DNA of 64,000 nucleotides, taken from positions 186,001 through 250,000 of IMG/VR virus record IMGVR_UViG_3300047994_000374, one strand, 5' to 3'. Position 1 is the stretch's first letter, and each line of letters opens with the position of its first letter. Below are positions 38,230-47,231 of this stretch, in pieces. The position numbers and the translations under genes are program-made. The notes under the pieces are model-generated. The model ran no database searches. It was not told the origin of the DNA and saw only the letters and a list, made by a program, of their open reading frames with translations.

Positions 38230-39531
38230 TTAGAGCTTTTTCTTTTTAAAATCTCCAAATTGATTTCTCGGCGTCTTGTTGTAAGGGATGCCGAATTTAT
38301 CCATTCGATATTTTACTTTCGTCTTATCAACTCCCAACTCCTTTGCTATTTTTCTTATTGAACCAAGTTTATTGTATATTTCTTGTAAATCTACTTTAGA
38401 AATAGTTAGGTGTTCATTTATGCGCCAATCAATATTTAATTTGTTTAAGGCTCTTTGAACGGTCAAATCGGCTAAATTGTATTTTTCAGCAATTAATCGA
38501 ACTGATCCTAGCAATTCAAACTCTTCTTTTAATCTTGTGGGACCTAATATTTCTATTAATTTATTTTCAATAATTTGCTTTTTAAAAAGACCAAATTCTT
38601 TTAATCTTCTTCTCAAAACAATAGTGGACATATGTAGATCTGCCGCCATTAATTTGAATTTTTCTACATTTTGAAATTGTTTATATTTATCAAGGAGCAA
38701 TTCTAATTCTTCTTTTGTTACTTCTATTTTTCTGGGTTTTTGATTTAGAATAATGTCTGCTGCAGCTTTTTTACGATCTAAAAATACTGGGCACCCATCA
38801 TAAATATAATGAATAATTTTAATATTATCTTCTAGATTAGAGCAAGACTGTGCATATAGCGTCGGCTTCCTTTCTTGCAATTGACTTGGATAAATATTTA
38901 ATTTTTTTATTAAATGATTAAAAGCGGACTCTACGCAGTGTTTTGTTCCATATAAAGATATTCTGGAAGAATTATTTTCTTGAAAAATACTTCCGTCGCC
39001 ATCAATTAATCCGGCAATAAAATATCTAATGTTAGGATTATTTTCTAAATGTGTGGGAAACGTATATGTTAAACTTTTAGCTGGGACAATATTGAAGTTT
39101 TTTAAATCTTTGACTATTTGCCGAGAAGTAAATCGTACAGCAGACTGATAGTAGAATTCTTTTTTAAATTCTATCCTTTCATCTGATCTAATTGAATTGA
39201 CAATAGGGGCATTTGTTTTTAAACTGATTTTATATTTTTCTAAATGGGAAATATCTTTTGAAGCTAATTTTAAAGAAATTCTTGGCTTAGTACTATCTAT
39301 ATTTCTATCGGCTGCTAAAAATCCAGCCCAATAAAAAGTTTCAGGAGTATCTCTGCGAAAAAAATCATGATCTACATCATATACAAGTTGTTTCGTATAT
39401 GTAATATTATTCTTTTTGAATAGAATTCGAATAGTTTCTATATTTACATTATAGAATTTGGCAGTTTTTGTTAGCGTTTTTAATTCTTGATATTTTTGAA
39501 TAATTTCATTAATTGGGACGTTTAATTTCAT
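38230..39531 (-). mobile_element. LAGLIDADG homing-endonuclease-like protein with flanking HTH-like repeats
   Basis: Motifs YWAGFLAADRNI and YFIAGLIDGDGSI. HTH-like segments at the N-terminus and several at the C-terminus (e.g. GSIRKIAKELGVDKTKVKYRM). Confidence 0.8.
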
Positions 39532-39574
39532 ACAATAAATGTATGGATTTTTTATATTTTTGTCAATACCTCGT

Positions 39575-40477
39575 TCAAATAATTCTTCGCTCTCTTAATG
39601 AGCGTAATCTTCTGAATGCTGGGTTGTTACCAGAGTTCATGCTGAAGACTCCCAGTCCTAATGGTCCAGGACGAATAGAATTTTTAATGTATTTTAATTT
39701 ATCGAAATAAACTGTAAGCAGCGTAGAATATTGAGTTTCTAAAAGATCAGATACTGTTGGAGGGACGAAATTAATTCCATTATCAGTAATACTGTATTCT
39801 AAGCCTCTCTGAATTAACGCTTGTGACGCCAAAGCATAAAGTGTAGCTCCCTCAACCAAAATTTCACCAAACTGTTCAACGAAATAATCTTCATCAAAAG
39901 TAAAGTGTGTAAAATAAGGAACCTGATTAAAATCCCATAAGGCTGTTGCTAAAAAGCTAACCAGCATATCAACCGAAAAAATATCACAACTCACATAGAT
40001 TGTATTACCATAACCGTCTGTGCTTTTTGCTTTACCAGAACTATTTAATCTTGCCTTTAAAGATTTCAAAAGTTTATTGATATTATGAATGGCGCACTGA
40101 GAATAATCAAATCCGGGGTCGTTGCCAAGCTTCTCATATCCGTCCGAATTAACTTGTGGCAACTGTGTATTATTTACGATATATTCGAACTGAACTTGAA
40201 TTCGAAATCCGTTTACATATCCTACCCAAATATCATTCCAAACACCTAACGGACCGTTGTATGGAGCGGTAAAGGTATAGGAATATAATCCGGTAGCTAA
40301 TTGGCTAACGCCCGAAGAAGTGGGAGCCAACATCACTAATCCGGTAGGCTGCACAATCGAAATTTGAGGAAATGAATCCGTATTGATAGGATTACCAGAA
40401 GGATCGCGGAATTGAACCGTCAAATCCACTTGATCAGTCAGCCCGATTATTTGACCGCGATTCTTTATAAAAGACAT
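39575..40477 (-). CDS. neck/head-tail adaptor-like protein with N-terminal Ig-like domain
   Basis: Likely start MSFIK at 40477 after GAGG. The N-terminus looks like a beta-sandwich (DLTVQFRD..GLYSYTFTAP..GVWNDIW) and the C-terminus is helical. Function inferred from context. Confidence 0.45.
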   Translation of the reverse strand: MSFIKNRGQIIGLTDQVDLTVQFRDPSGNPINTDSFPQISIVQPTGLVMLAPTSSGVSQLATGLYSYTFTAPYNGPLGVWNDIWVGYVNGFRIQVQFEYIVNNTQLPQVNSDGYEKLGNDPGFDYSQCAIHNINKLLKSLKARLNSSGKAKSTDGYGNTIYVSCDIFSVDMLVSFLATALWDFNQVPYFTHFTFDEDYFVEQFGEILVEGATLYALASQALIQRGLEYSITDNGINFVPPTVSDLLETQYSTLLTVYFDKLKYIKNSIRPGPLGLGVFSMNSGNNPAFRRLRSLRERRII

Positions 40478-40504
40478 ATTGACCCTCAATAAGATGCGAG
40501 TTTA

Positions 40505-40846
40505 TTAAAAGGTGCCTGCAGAATATGTCCCAAAAGGCGCACTCACAATCACTTGAAATGTTCTAAAATTTTCTAAATGTGTATCAGGGTTACCATAACT
40601 ACAATCAACCAAATAACTTCCCACTGCAGAAGCACCTTGAGGCAATACGAATTGATAATAATAAAGTCCAGTATCTAATCTTGTCATTAAAGCTGGATAA
40701 CCTAAAGCTAATGTAAACCCTGGAAAAATAATACGATTTACTGCGGGCGGCGTATAGCCATCCATTCGATAGCCATCTGTTCCAACAATATCTAAATAGA
40801 TTGTCGCTTCCATTCCAGGTAAATATTGTAAAATTTCAGTCATCAT
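40505..40846 (-). CDS. small Ig-like virion protein (hypothetical)
   Basis: 113 aa. GLYYYQFVLP..VGSYLVDCSY resembles the Ig-like part of the adjacent gene. Confidence 0.5.
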   Translation of the reverse strand: MMTEILQYLPGMEATIYLDIVGTDGYRMDGYTPPAVNRIIFPGFTLALGYPALMTRLDTGLYYYQFVLPQGASAVGSYLVDCSYGNPDTHLENFRTFQVIVSAPFGTYSAGTF

Positions 40847-40888
40847 TCCTCTATCAAATGCAATAATATCACATTATTACAAGGGACG

Positions 40889-41287
40889 ATGAGCAATAAA
40901 AAAATCGAACGGGCATTTTGGGTTTCAAATATATCAAACAGAAATGTTAGTTTGGGCGATCTTGCATTAACCATTCCAGCCTTTTCTTCGGTTAATTTAA
41001 TGGATACTCGGCATTATCACTATACATTAGAGCAAGTAACAAAATCGGCGGTTTCAGGTTCCATTTTCGCAAAAAGAAACAAAATACTTATTCGACACGC
41101 CGCTCCGATTATCATTCAAGAGAAAAAATTAAATATTCCAAATAATATTCCATCACGAGGACGATCCACTTTTGAAATTAAAGAAGAAAAATACGACGAA
41201 CTTATTACGACAGATGATGAATGGGAAGAAGAAAATTTTGAAACAGCAGATATGGATCAACAAAAGCAGTATTTCGTAAAGGAATAA
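40889..41287 (+). CDS. hypothetical protein
   Basis: 132 aa with acidic C-terminus; first gene of a three-gene plus-strand unit. Confidence 0.6.
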   Translation: MSNKKIERAFWVSNISNRNVSLGDLALTIPAFSSVNLMDTRHYHYTLEQVTKSAVSGSIFAKRNKILIRHAAPIIIQEKKLNIPNNIPSRGRSTFEIKEEKYDELITTDDEWEEENFETADMDQQKQYFVKE

Positions 41288-41290
41288 TTA

Positions 41291-41440
41291 ATGTCAAATA
41301 AAGAAGAAGCGTTAAACTCACTAAATGAAAAAGATGAAGAGACGAAGGATAGTGAAATTATGAAAGAATATCGCATATTAGGAGAAAAGTGCGATGACGT
41401 AATTAAAAAAATTAGACGACGAAAGAACCGTAAAAATTAA
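41291..41440 (+). CDS. 49-aa charged protein (absent from ORF track)
   Basis: Exactly fills the gap between two plus-strand genes, after AAGGA. MSNKEEALNSLNEKDEETKDSEIMKEYRILGEKCDDVIKKIRRRKNRKN. Confidence 0.55.
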   Translation: MSNKEEALNSLNEKDEETKDSEIMKEYRILGEKCDDVIKKIRRRKNRKN

Positions 41441-41455
41441 ACTTAAGGCAACAAC

Positions 41456-41752
41456 ATGACTGATCGACTAGGTGGCGAGAATAACAATATAAGTAAAAGC
41501 GACCTGGAAACAATTCTTCAAGTCAATAAAAAGGCTATTGAAATCGGCGATGAAGTTAGCGTTCAAAACGAAGAAATTCTCGATCAACTGTCCGCATCTA
41601 ATCATACACAAGAAAATATAGTAAAGAAGATAGATAAAACGATTGAACAAAATGAAAGCATTTCTCGCGATTTATTCATTATCAAAGCGTTCTTCGTGCT
41701 TGGTGGGGTCAATTTAATTCTTCAAGTTATTACTCTTATTTTACATAAATAA
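41456..41752 (+). CDS. coiled-coil protein with C-terminal TM helix
   Basis: 98 aa. Heptad-like middle and terminal LFIIKAFFVLGGVNLILQVITLIL. Confidence 0.55.
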   Translation: MTDRLGGENNNISKSDLETILQVNKKAIEIGDEVSVQNEEILDQLSASNHTQENIVKKIDKTIEQNESISRDLFIIKAFFVLGGVNLILQVITLILHK

Positions 41753-41992
41753 TTAATTATCAAGAACGGTGACATTAATCGCTTTGGGTTGACCAGAATG
41801 ATTTTGTCCTATTTGGTAGCTTACTTTTTGTCCCTTGTATAAAATCTTATATCCTTCTGCCTTGATATCAGAGTAATGAACAAAAATATCGGGATCGTTT
41901 TCTGTTGCATTTTCTTTTGCAATAAAACCATAACCTTTTTTTGTGAAAATAACAACTGACCCATAAAATACCTCTAAATCATTTGAACTCAT
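41753..41992 (-). CDS. cspA: cold-shock domain protein
   Basis: RNP1 KGYGFI, RNP2 DIFVHYSDI, and the GQKVSYQIG..G.PKAINV pattern. Confidence 0.9.
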   Translation of the reverse strand: MSSNDLEVFYGSVVIFTKKGYGFIAKENATENDPDIFVHYSDIKAEGYKILYKGQKVSYQIGQNHSGQPKAINVTVLDN

Positions 41993-42363
41993 TTTGTATA
42001 ATCCTTATTTGGCGATATGATTAAATTATCTTCGCCTGGCTTCTTATCTTCGTAACAAACTTTTCCATTGACAACTAGTTTGGCACCAGTTGATTCTCCG
42101 CCCATATGCTTGGCTGATTTTAACATTTGGAAAACTTCAACGCACCCCAATTCAGACATGTGTTTTCTTTCCTGATCGTTGGTGCAGTTTTTCATTCGCA
42201 TTTCCCACTTTGTAAGGATAGCGAAAATTTCTTTTTTACATCCTAATGATTCGGCATAATTAAAAAGTCGTTTGCGTGTTTCTTTTTCATCTAATACTTT
42301 ATCGTTATAATTATCTGGATTATTTCCATCAATTAAAAAATCGTCGCCTAATTTACTTGCCAT
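41989..42363 (-). CDS. hypothetical protein
   Basis: 124 aa with GGAG SD and a GATATATA motif upstream. Confidence 0.6.
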   Translation of the reverse strand: MASKLGDDFLIDGNNPDNYNDKVLDEKETRKRLFNYAESLGCKKEIFAILTKWEMRMKNCTNDQERKHMSELGCVEVFQMLKSAKHMGGESTGAKLVVNGKVCYEDKKPGEDNLIISPNKDYTK

Positions 42364-42382
42364 TTACTTTCTCCACACTAAT

Positions 42383-42390
42383 TATATATC
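42383..42390 (-). promoter_or_regulatory. GATATATA upstream motif (putative late promoter)
   Basis: 19 nt upstream of the ATG at 42363. Confidence 0.5.
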
Positions 42391-42405
42391 AAATATATGA
42401 ATTAT

Positions 42406-42762
42406 TTACCGATTGCCCCAGGCTGTTAAAGTAATAGTAGCTGGTCCACCACCAGATTTAATTCTAAACCAAATCATAGAAACTGGTCGATTATTAAAAG
42501 TGACGACACGGGTTGTACTTGTAGTAAGTCCGTCAAGTACGCCATGAACGGTATTTCCATTTAACGAATATTCAACTACTTGCCCTGATGTTTCATTTGT
42601 TAACATAATTCCATAAGTAGGAAACGTTATAATGTAACTGGGTTGATACCCATCCACAGAATCGCCGCCGAATGTTGAAGCAGATACTGTTATGACTTGA
42701 TAAGTATTAAAGTCGTGCCCTAATGATTTTGGTGTTACACCGGGATAGTTATTTGTTGCCAT
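42406..42762 (-). CDS. small beta-rich virion-type protein (hypothetical)
   Basis: 118 aa, Thr/Gly-rich, beta-sandwich-like. Confidence 0.55.
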   Translation of the reverse strand: MATNNYPGVTPKSLGHDFNTYQVITVSASTFGGDSVDGYQPSYIITFPTYGIMLTNETSGQVVEYSLNGNTVHGVLDGLTTSTTRVVTFNNRPVSMIWFRIKSGGGPATITLTAWGNR

Positions 42763-42776
42763 ACTACTATATTAAA

Positions 42777-43637
42777 TTATGGGGTATTAATTTTCTTTGC
42801 CTCTTGATATCCAGCTTCCATCATTTCAAGAATAGTTTCATGCTTAAAATCAAGCATGTCTTCAATTAAATTATGTTTTGGTCGAATAACAGTTAATTTT
42901 ACGATTTTTTTATCAATTAGCCCTGCCGAAGCTAATTTATTATACATTTCTACTTTTTCCAAATCATTTGCCATTATTTTATCGGTACTTAAATCGAAAG
43001 CTCGTTTCAAAACATCGACAGTGGTTGGTTTGTGTAGAAATTTATTAACCCTTATTTCAGGGGAAGTGATAATCAAATCGATTTCAGTAGCGCCAGCTTC
43101 AATGGCATCCTTTAAAGGAGACATGGTTTTCAATCCACCGTCGATCCAAAGATGTCCATTAAATTTAACCGGCGTGAACATTCCTGGAAAAGTAGCCGAA
43201 GCAACTACGGCTTCTAAAAACTTGTCATTTGTTTGATCAAAAATATGATACTTGCCCGAACTTAATGAAACAGTTCCGGTGCTGGAATATTTACCTGAAG
43301 CCCTAATTTTATCCAAAGAGATGTGAGTTTTGATCAAGCTCATCAAGGGCGAGCTATCATACATACTTGTTTTCCAAATACCCTGAATACGCCCTAAAAT
43401 TCCCCAGCTCTTATAGATGTCTGACTTTTTTAAATTTTTCCAAAGCTCACTTAATTGAATGGCACCAAGAAATCGCTCTTCGGTCGTAAATTGAGATAGG
43501 AAGGCACAACAAATGGCACCTGAAGAGATGCCACACATGATTTGATAATCGTTTCCAAGGTCATTTATGAGGTGTGATAGGGCTCCGCAGGCGAATGCGG
43601 CTTTTGACCCTCCGCCAGAAATTACTAATGCTCTCAA
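42777..43637 (-). CDS. patatin-like phospholipase
   Basis: Gly-rich SGGGSKA, nucleophile elbow GISSG, and DGG catalytic motif. Confidence 0.9.
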   Translation of the reverse strand: MRALVISGGGSKAAFACGALSHLINDLGNDYQIMCGISSGAICCAFLSQFTTEERFLGAIQLSELWKNLKKSDIYKSWGILGRIQGIWKTSMYDSSPLMSLIKTHISLDKIRASGKYSSTGTVSLSSGKYHIFDQTNDKFLEAVVASATFPGMFTPVKFNGHLWIDGGLKTMSPLKDAIEAGATEIDLIITSPEIRVNKFLHKPTTVDVLKRAFDLSTDKIMANDLEKVEMYNKLASAGLIDKKIVKLTVIRPKHNLIEDMLDFKHETILEMMEAGYQEAKKINTP

Positions 43638-43645
43638 ATAACCTC

Positions 43646-44449
43646 CTATCCTATTTTTTCAATCGTTTCCATAATTTTTTCACTTAGCGATAAATCAAAT
43701 AATAATTTTTCGCCACCAATTACATTTACAAAATGTTCCACTACACAATTTAATGGCTTTTTATCAGATATTTGAATCGGCTCTCCATTTACAGTTAATT
43801 TATTTTCAACCAAATCATCATAAATGAAACACTTCCCATCAAGATCATTTACCTCAAAATACCTTCTTTTTTTTCCAGAATTACCAATCAACATATGATG
43901 ACGAACTTTATTACTATATTCTATATTAATACAATGTTGTTTTCCCGGATAATCATCAATTGTGAAGCCCCTTAATACATTTTTTACATCACCCATTAAA
44001 TCTATGCCCATTGACAAATCATGAGGCGCATAATCTAATAAAGAAGAGTAATTGCGATAAGGTCCGTAATTATGTCCATACGAATCAATTCTTTTTACAT
44101 TAATTGGATCAACTAATGATTTTAACTTTTGGTAAGCGGGGGAAAATAAATGGATATAATTTACAAGAATTGGCGCATGTTTTTCAAATGATTTTATTCG
44201 ATTTATTTCTTGTAAAGATAGGCTGATTGGCTTTTCAATAAGAGTTGGCAAATGATTGGATAAACAGTATTCAGCAATATCTATATGTGATGATGGTGAA
44301 GTTGCAACAATTACAGCATCGCATTTTTTTATAACCTGTTGCCAATCTCTTCGATCGCCCACTTCAAATGGTATTTTTAATTTTCGAAAAACAGAGATAT
44401 AATTTTTACCCCAGGCTCCATTACCGATTAAACATATTGTGGGAAGCAT
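43646..44449 (-). CDS. Gfo/Idh/MocA-family oxidoreductase
   Basis: IGNGAWGK Rossmann motif, H..IA, LIEKPI, DYAPHDLS. Confidence 0.85.
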   Translation of the reverse strand: MLPTICLIGNGAWGKNYISVFRKLKIPFEVGDRRDWQQVIKKCDAVIVATSPSSHIDIAEYCLSNHLPTLIEKPISLSLQEINRIKSFEKHAPILVNYIHLFSPAYQKLKSLVDPINVKRIDSYGHNYGPYRNYSSLLDYAPHDLSMGIDLMGDVKNVLRGFTIDDYPGKQHCINIEYSNKVRHHMLIGNSGKKRRYFEVNDLDGKCFIYDDLVENKLTVNGEPIQISDKKPLNCVVEHFVNVIGGEKLLFDLSLSEKIMETIEKIG

Positions 44450-45496
44450 TTAATAAGTATAATTTTCTTTTGCCCAATTATAAAATCTTTTTAATCCATC
44501 TTCTAAAGAAACTTTTGGAGAGTAATCTAATTCTTTACGAGCTTTTGTAATATCTGGACATCTGCGGTTTGGTTCATCTGCTGGATAACATGCCGGATGA
44601 TTAATAATTTCTCGTTTATTTTTTTGACCCAAAACTGTTTCAAGTGTATTTGCCAATTCAATCATAGAAAGTTCAGGCGTAGGATTTCCAATATTATAGG
44701 GCTGCCCCGCTTTCCCTTTTACGAGAACTCTTAAAAACCCCTCTATTGCATCAGTGACATAACAAAAAGTTCTTGTCTGATTTCCATTACCATAAATAGA
44801 AATGCTTTCATTAGACAATATTTTAGACATGAAATTTGGAAGCACGCGATAATCTTTTTGAAGCATACCAGGTCCAAAAACATTGAATGGGCGGCACATA
44901 TTTGCAGAAACACCGTAAGTTTTATGATAAACGCTAATCATCGTTTCACCTAATCTTTTACTTTCGTCATAGCAGGCTCTTGGTCCTGTACATGAAACGA
45001 AACCTTTATAATCTTCTTTGGTGGGGACGAATTTGGGATCAGGATCGCCATAAATTTCAGATGAGCTAAAAAATAAAAGTTTTGCGTGATTTTGTTTTGC
45101 AAGTTCAAGTGCATGTTTTAATCCGAGCGTCACACATTCCATTGTTTGCAGCGGGAAACTCTGATATTGTTCGGGAGAAGCTATACCCGCAGCTGCCAAA
45201 ACAAAATCAATCTTTTGCTCTGGTTCAAATGGTTTAGTTACATCGTATTGAAGAAATGATAGATTTGCATTTGGTGGAAATTCATTTTTATTAGATGTGA
45301 TAAAATTGTCAAGAGCTACAATTTTACATGGCGTATTTAAAGCCGTTTCATTTAGCTTTATAAAGACACTTGTAAAATATTTACCTAAAAATCCAGAGGC
45401 GCCCGTAATTAAAATTGTTTTACCTTCAAAAGCAGAAGTTAAGTCTTTAATATTGCTACAAATTTCCGTTATATCCGAATCCAATAAAAATGACAT
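44450..45496 (-). CDS. UDP-glucuronate decarboxylase (UDP-xylose synthase)-like SDR
   Basis: GASGFLG, ASPEQY, SSSEIYGDP, GPRACYDESKRLGET, RPFNVFGPGM, QTRTFCYVTD, NIGNP. Confidence 0.85.
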   Translation of the reverse strand: MSFLLDSDITEICSNIKDLTSAFEGKTILITGASGFLGKYFTSVFIKLNETALNTPCKIVALDNFITSNKNEFPPNANLSFLQYDVTKPFEPEQKIDFVLAAAGIASPEQYQSFPLQTMECVTLGLKHALELAKQNHAKLLFFSSSEIYGDPDPKFVPTKEDYKGFVSCTGPRACYDESKRLGETMISVYHKTYGVSANMCRPFNVFGPGMLQKDYRVLPNFMSKILSNESISIYGNGNQTRTFCYVTDAIEGFLRVLVKGKAGQPYNIGNPTPELSMIELANTLETVLGQKNKREIINHPACYPADEPNRRCPDITKARKELDYSPKVSLEDGLKRFYNWAKENYTY

Positions 45497-45498
45497 GA

Positions 45499-46818
45499 TT
45501 ATCTTTCCTCTATAATTGGCAATGGAATAATAAATTTACCACCGAATTTTGAATGGTTTTTAATAATTGATTCAGCAAAATTCCATGCAAGTATTAATAT
45601 AACATCTGCATCTCTATTTTGTGATAGATTGAATCCATAATCATAAATTTGGTTAGTTGTCCAAATACGAATGTGTGTGCCAGGTGTTAATAAATTTTGT
45701 TTTAATGGGCTATCATCAACTATATAATCAATTAATTCATTATCAATACCCAAATAATGTAAAAGCGTAGTTGATTTCGCTGGAGCACCATAACCTACAA
45801 TTCTATTACCTTGTGCTTTAAGTTCTTTTAATCGAGCTTTTAATTCAAATTTAATATCCTTCATTTTATCTGCAAATTCTAAAAATGGTGATACAAAATT
45901 TTTTCCTATAATGTTAAAATTGTTTTTACTTCGCAGCTCGTCCGAAACTTTTAATCCCATATCACTTTCTAACTGTAATAATTTTCCGATAGCTTCTATA
46001 TTAACTGATCGTTCATTCCGATCTTGTCTATATTTATTTTCAACATAAACTCGAATAGAACCGCCGTGAGTATTTACCCTTTCAACATCAAATACTTTCA
46101 TGTGATGTTTATTAAAAAATTCTATCAGGGGCGCGAGATGATGAAAAGAAACGTGTTCATGATAAATATTGTCGAAGTATAATCCATTAATTAAATCTGG
46201 TAAATAAGAAACTTCAAATACAAATACGCCTTCTTTAAATCGAATCAAGTGACTTATATTTTTCGCCATATCATTTAATTTACTTGAATGAGCAAAAACG
46301 TTATTTGCTACAACCACTTTAGCTCCACCATATCCCTCAAATACTTGTTTTTTAGATTTCTCATTTAAAAAATCGGGAATGGTCGGAATACCACGATCTG
46401 TAGCTTGTTTTGCTATATCTTCAGCAGGATCAATGCCAACAACTTTTAAATCAGCATTTTTGAAAAATTGCAAAAGAGTTCCATCATTACTTCCAACATC
46501 AACGACTAAATCATTTCCTTTTAAATCAAGTTTGTTTATTACGGTGGTGGCATAATTTTCAAAATGTTTAACGAAAACTTGACTTGTGCCAGAGACATAT
46601 AAATAATCTTTAAACATCAACTCCGGATTAATAATAACCGATAATTGAACATGACCGCAATCTTGACACTCTAATAAATCAAGTGGATATTTTTTTTGCT
46701 CTAACGGCTCTTTTACAAATGAATTGGCTAATGGTGACTGTGTAACGTGAAGTACATGCTTTAAATTTTGTTTTTCGCATAAATTACAATGCGAAACATA
46801 TGCAAAATCTGAATTCAT
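45499..46818 (-). CDS. NDP-sugar C-methyltransferase (NovU/EryBIII/TcaB9-type)
   Basis: Zn-site CNLC..CQDCGHVQL, DVGSNDGTLL, NNVFAH, IYHEHVSF, HGGSIR, GYGAPAKS, ILAWNF. Confidence 0.9.
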   Translation of the reverse strand: MNSDFAYVSHCNLCEKQNLKHVLHVTQSPLANSFVKEPLEQKKYPLDLLECQDCGHVQLSVIINPELMFKDYLYVSGTSQVFVKHFENYATTVINKLDLKGNDLVVDVGSNDGTLLQFFKNADLKVVGIDPAEDIAKQATDRGIPTIPDFLNEKSKKQVFEGYGGAKVVVANNVFAHSSKLNDMAKNISHLIRFKEGVFVFEVSYLPDLINGLYFDNIYHEHVSFHHLAPLIEFFNKHHMKVFDVERVNTHGGSIRVYVENKYRQDRNERSVNIEAIGKLLQLESDMGLKVSDELRSKNNFNIIGKNFVSPFLEFADKMKDIKFELKARLKELKAQGNRIVGYGAPAKSTTLLHYLGIDNELIDYIVDDSPLKQNLLTPGTHIRIWTTNQIYDYGFNLSQNRDADVILILAWNFAESIIKNHSKFGGKFIIPLPIIEER

Positions 46819-47231
46819 TTTGATCTGACAACCGTTTTTTCATAATTGACGTGATTTTTTGCAATTCCATTCATTGTAATAAATGTGGTATCTTCAAGGA
46901 ATTCCATTTTGTGCCATTTTTCTGGAGGTGAAAAAAACATGTCACCTTGGTTAAAGGTATATTCTTTTAAATTAGAACCATCAATTTCAGATTCAGAATA
47001 TTTAATAGAACCAGAAACAACATAAGCTGAATGCCAATCGCCACCTGTATGATGATGTTGGGCACGAATGCTATCTTTTTTAGATGTAATGATTGTAACA
47101 GACCCTGAATTAGCCAGCCATAAATTCTGAATCACTCCACGATCATCTACGAATGGTTTGTCCAATGGAACTTTAATATCTTCTGGAAATTGACCTGCAT
47201 TAACTAAATCAGCGTATTCTTTATTGTCCAT
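46815..47231 (-). CDS. cupin-fold sugar epimerase/isomerase
   Basis: FVDDRGVI, IRAQHHH, and PPEKWHKMEFLEDT cupin motifs. Confidence 0.75.
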   Translation of the reverse strand: MDNKEYADLVNAGQFPEDIKVPLDKPFVDDRGVIQNLWLANSGSVTIITSKKDSIRAQHHHTGGDWHSAYVVSGSIKYSESEIDGSNLKEYTFNQGDMFFSPPEKWHKMEFLEDTTFITMNGIAKNHVNYEKTVVRSK

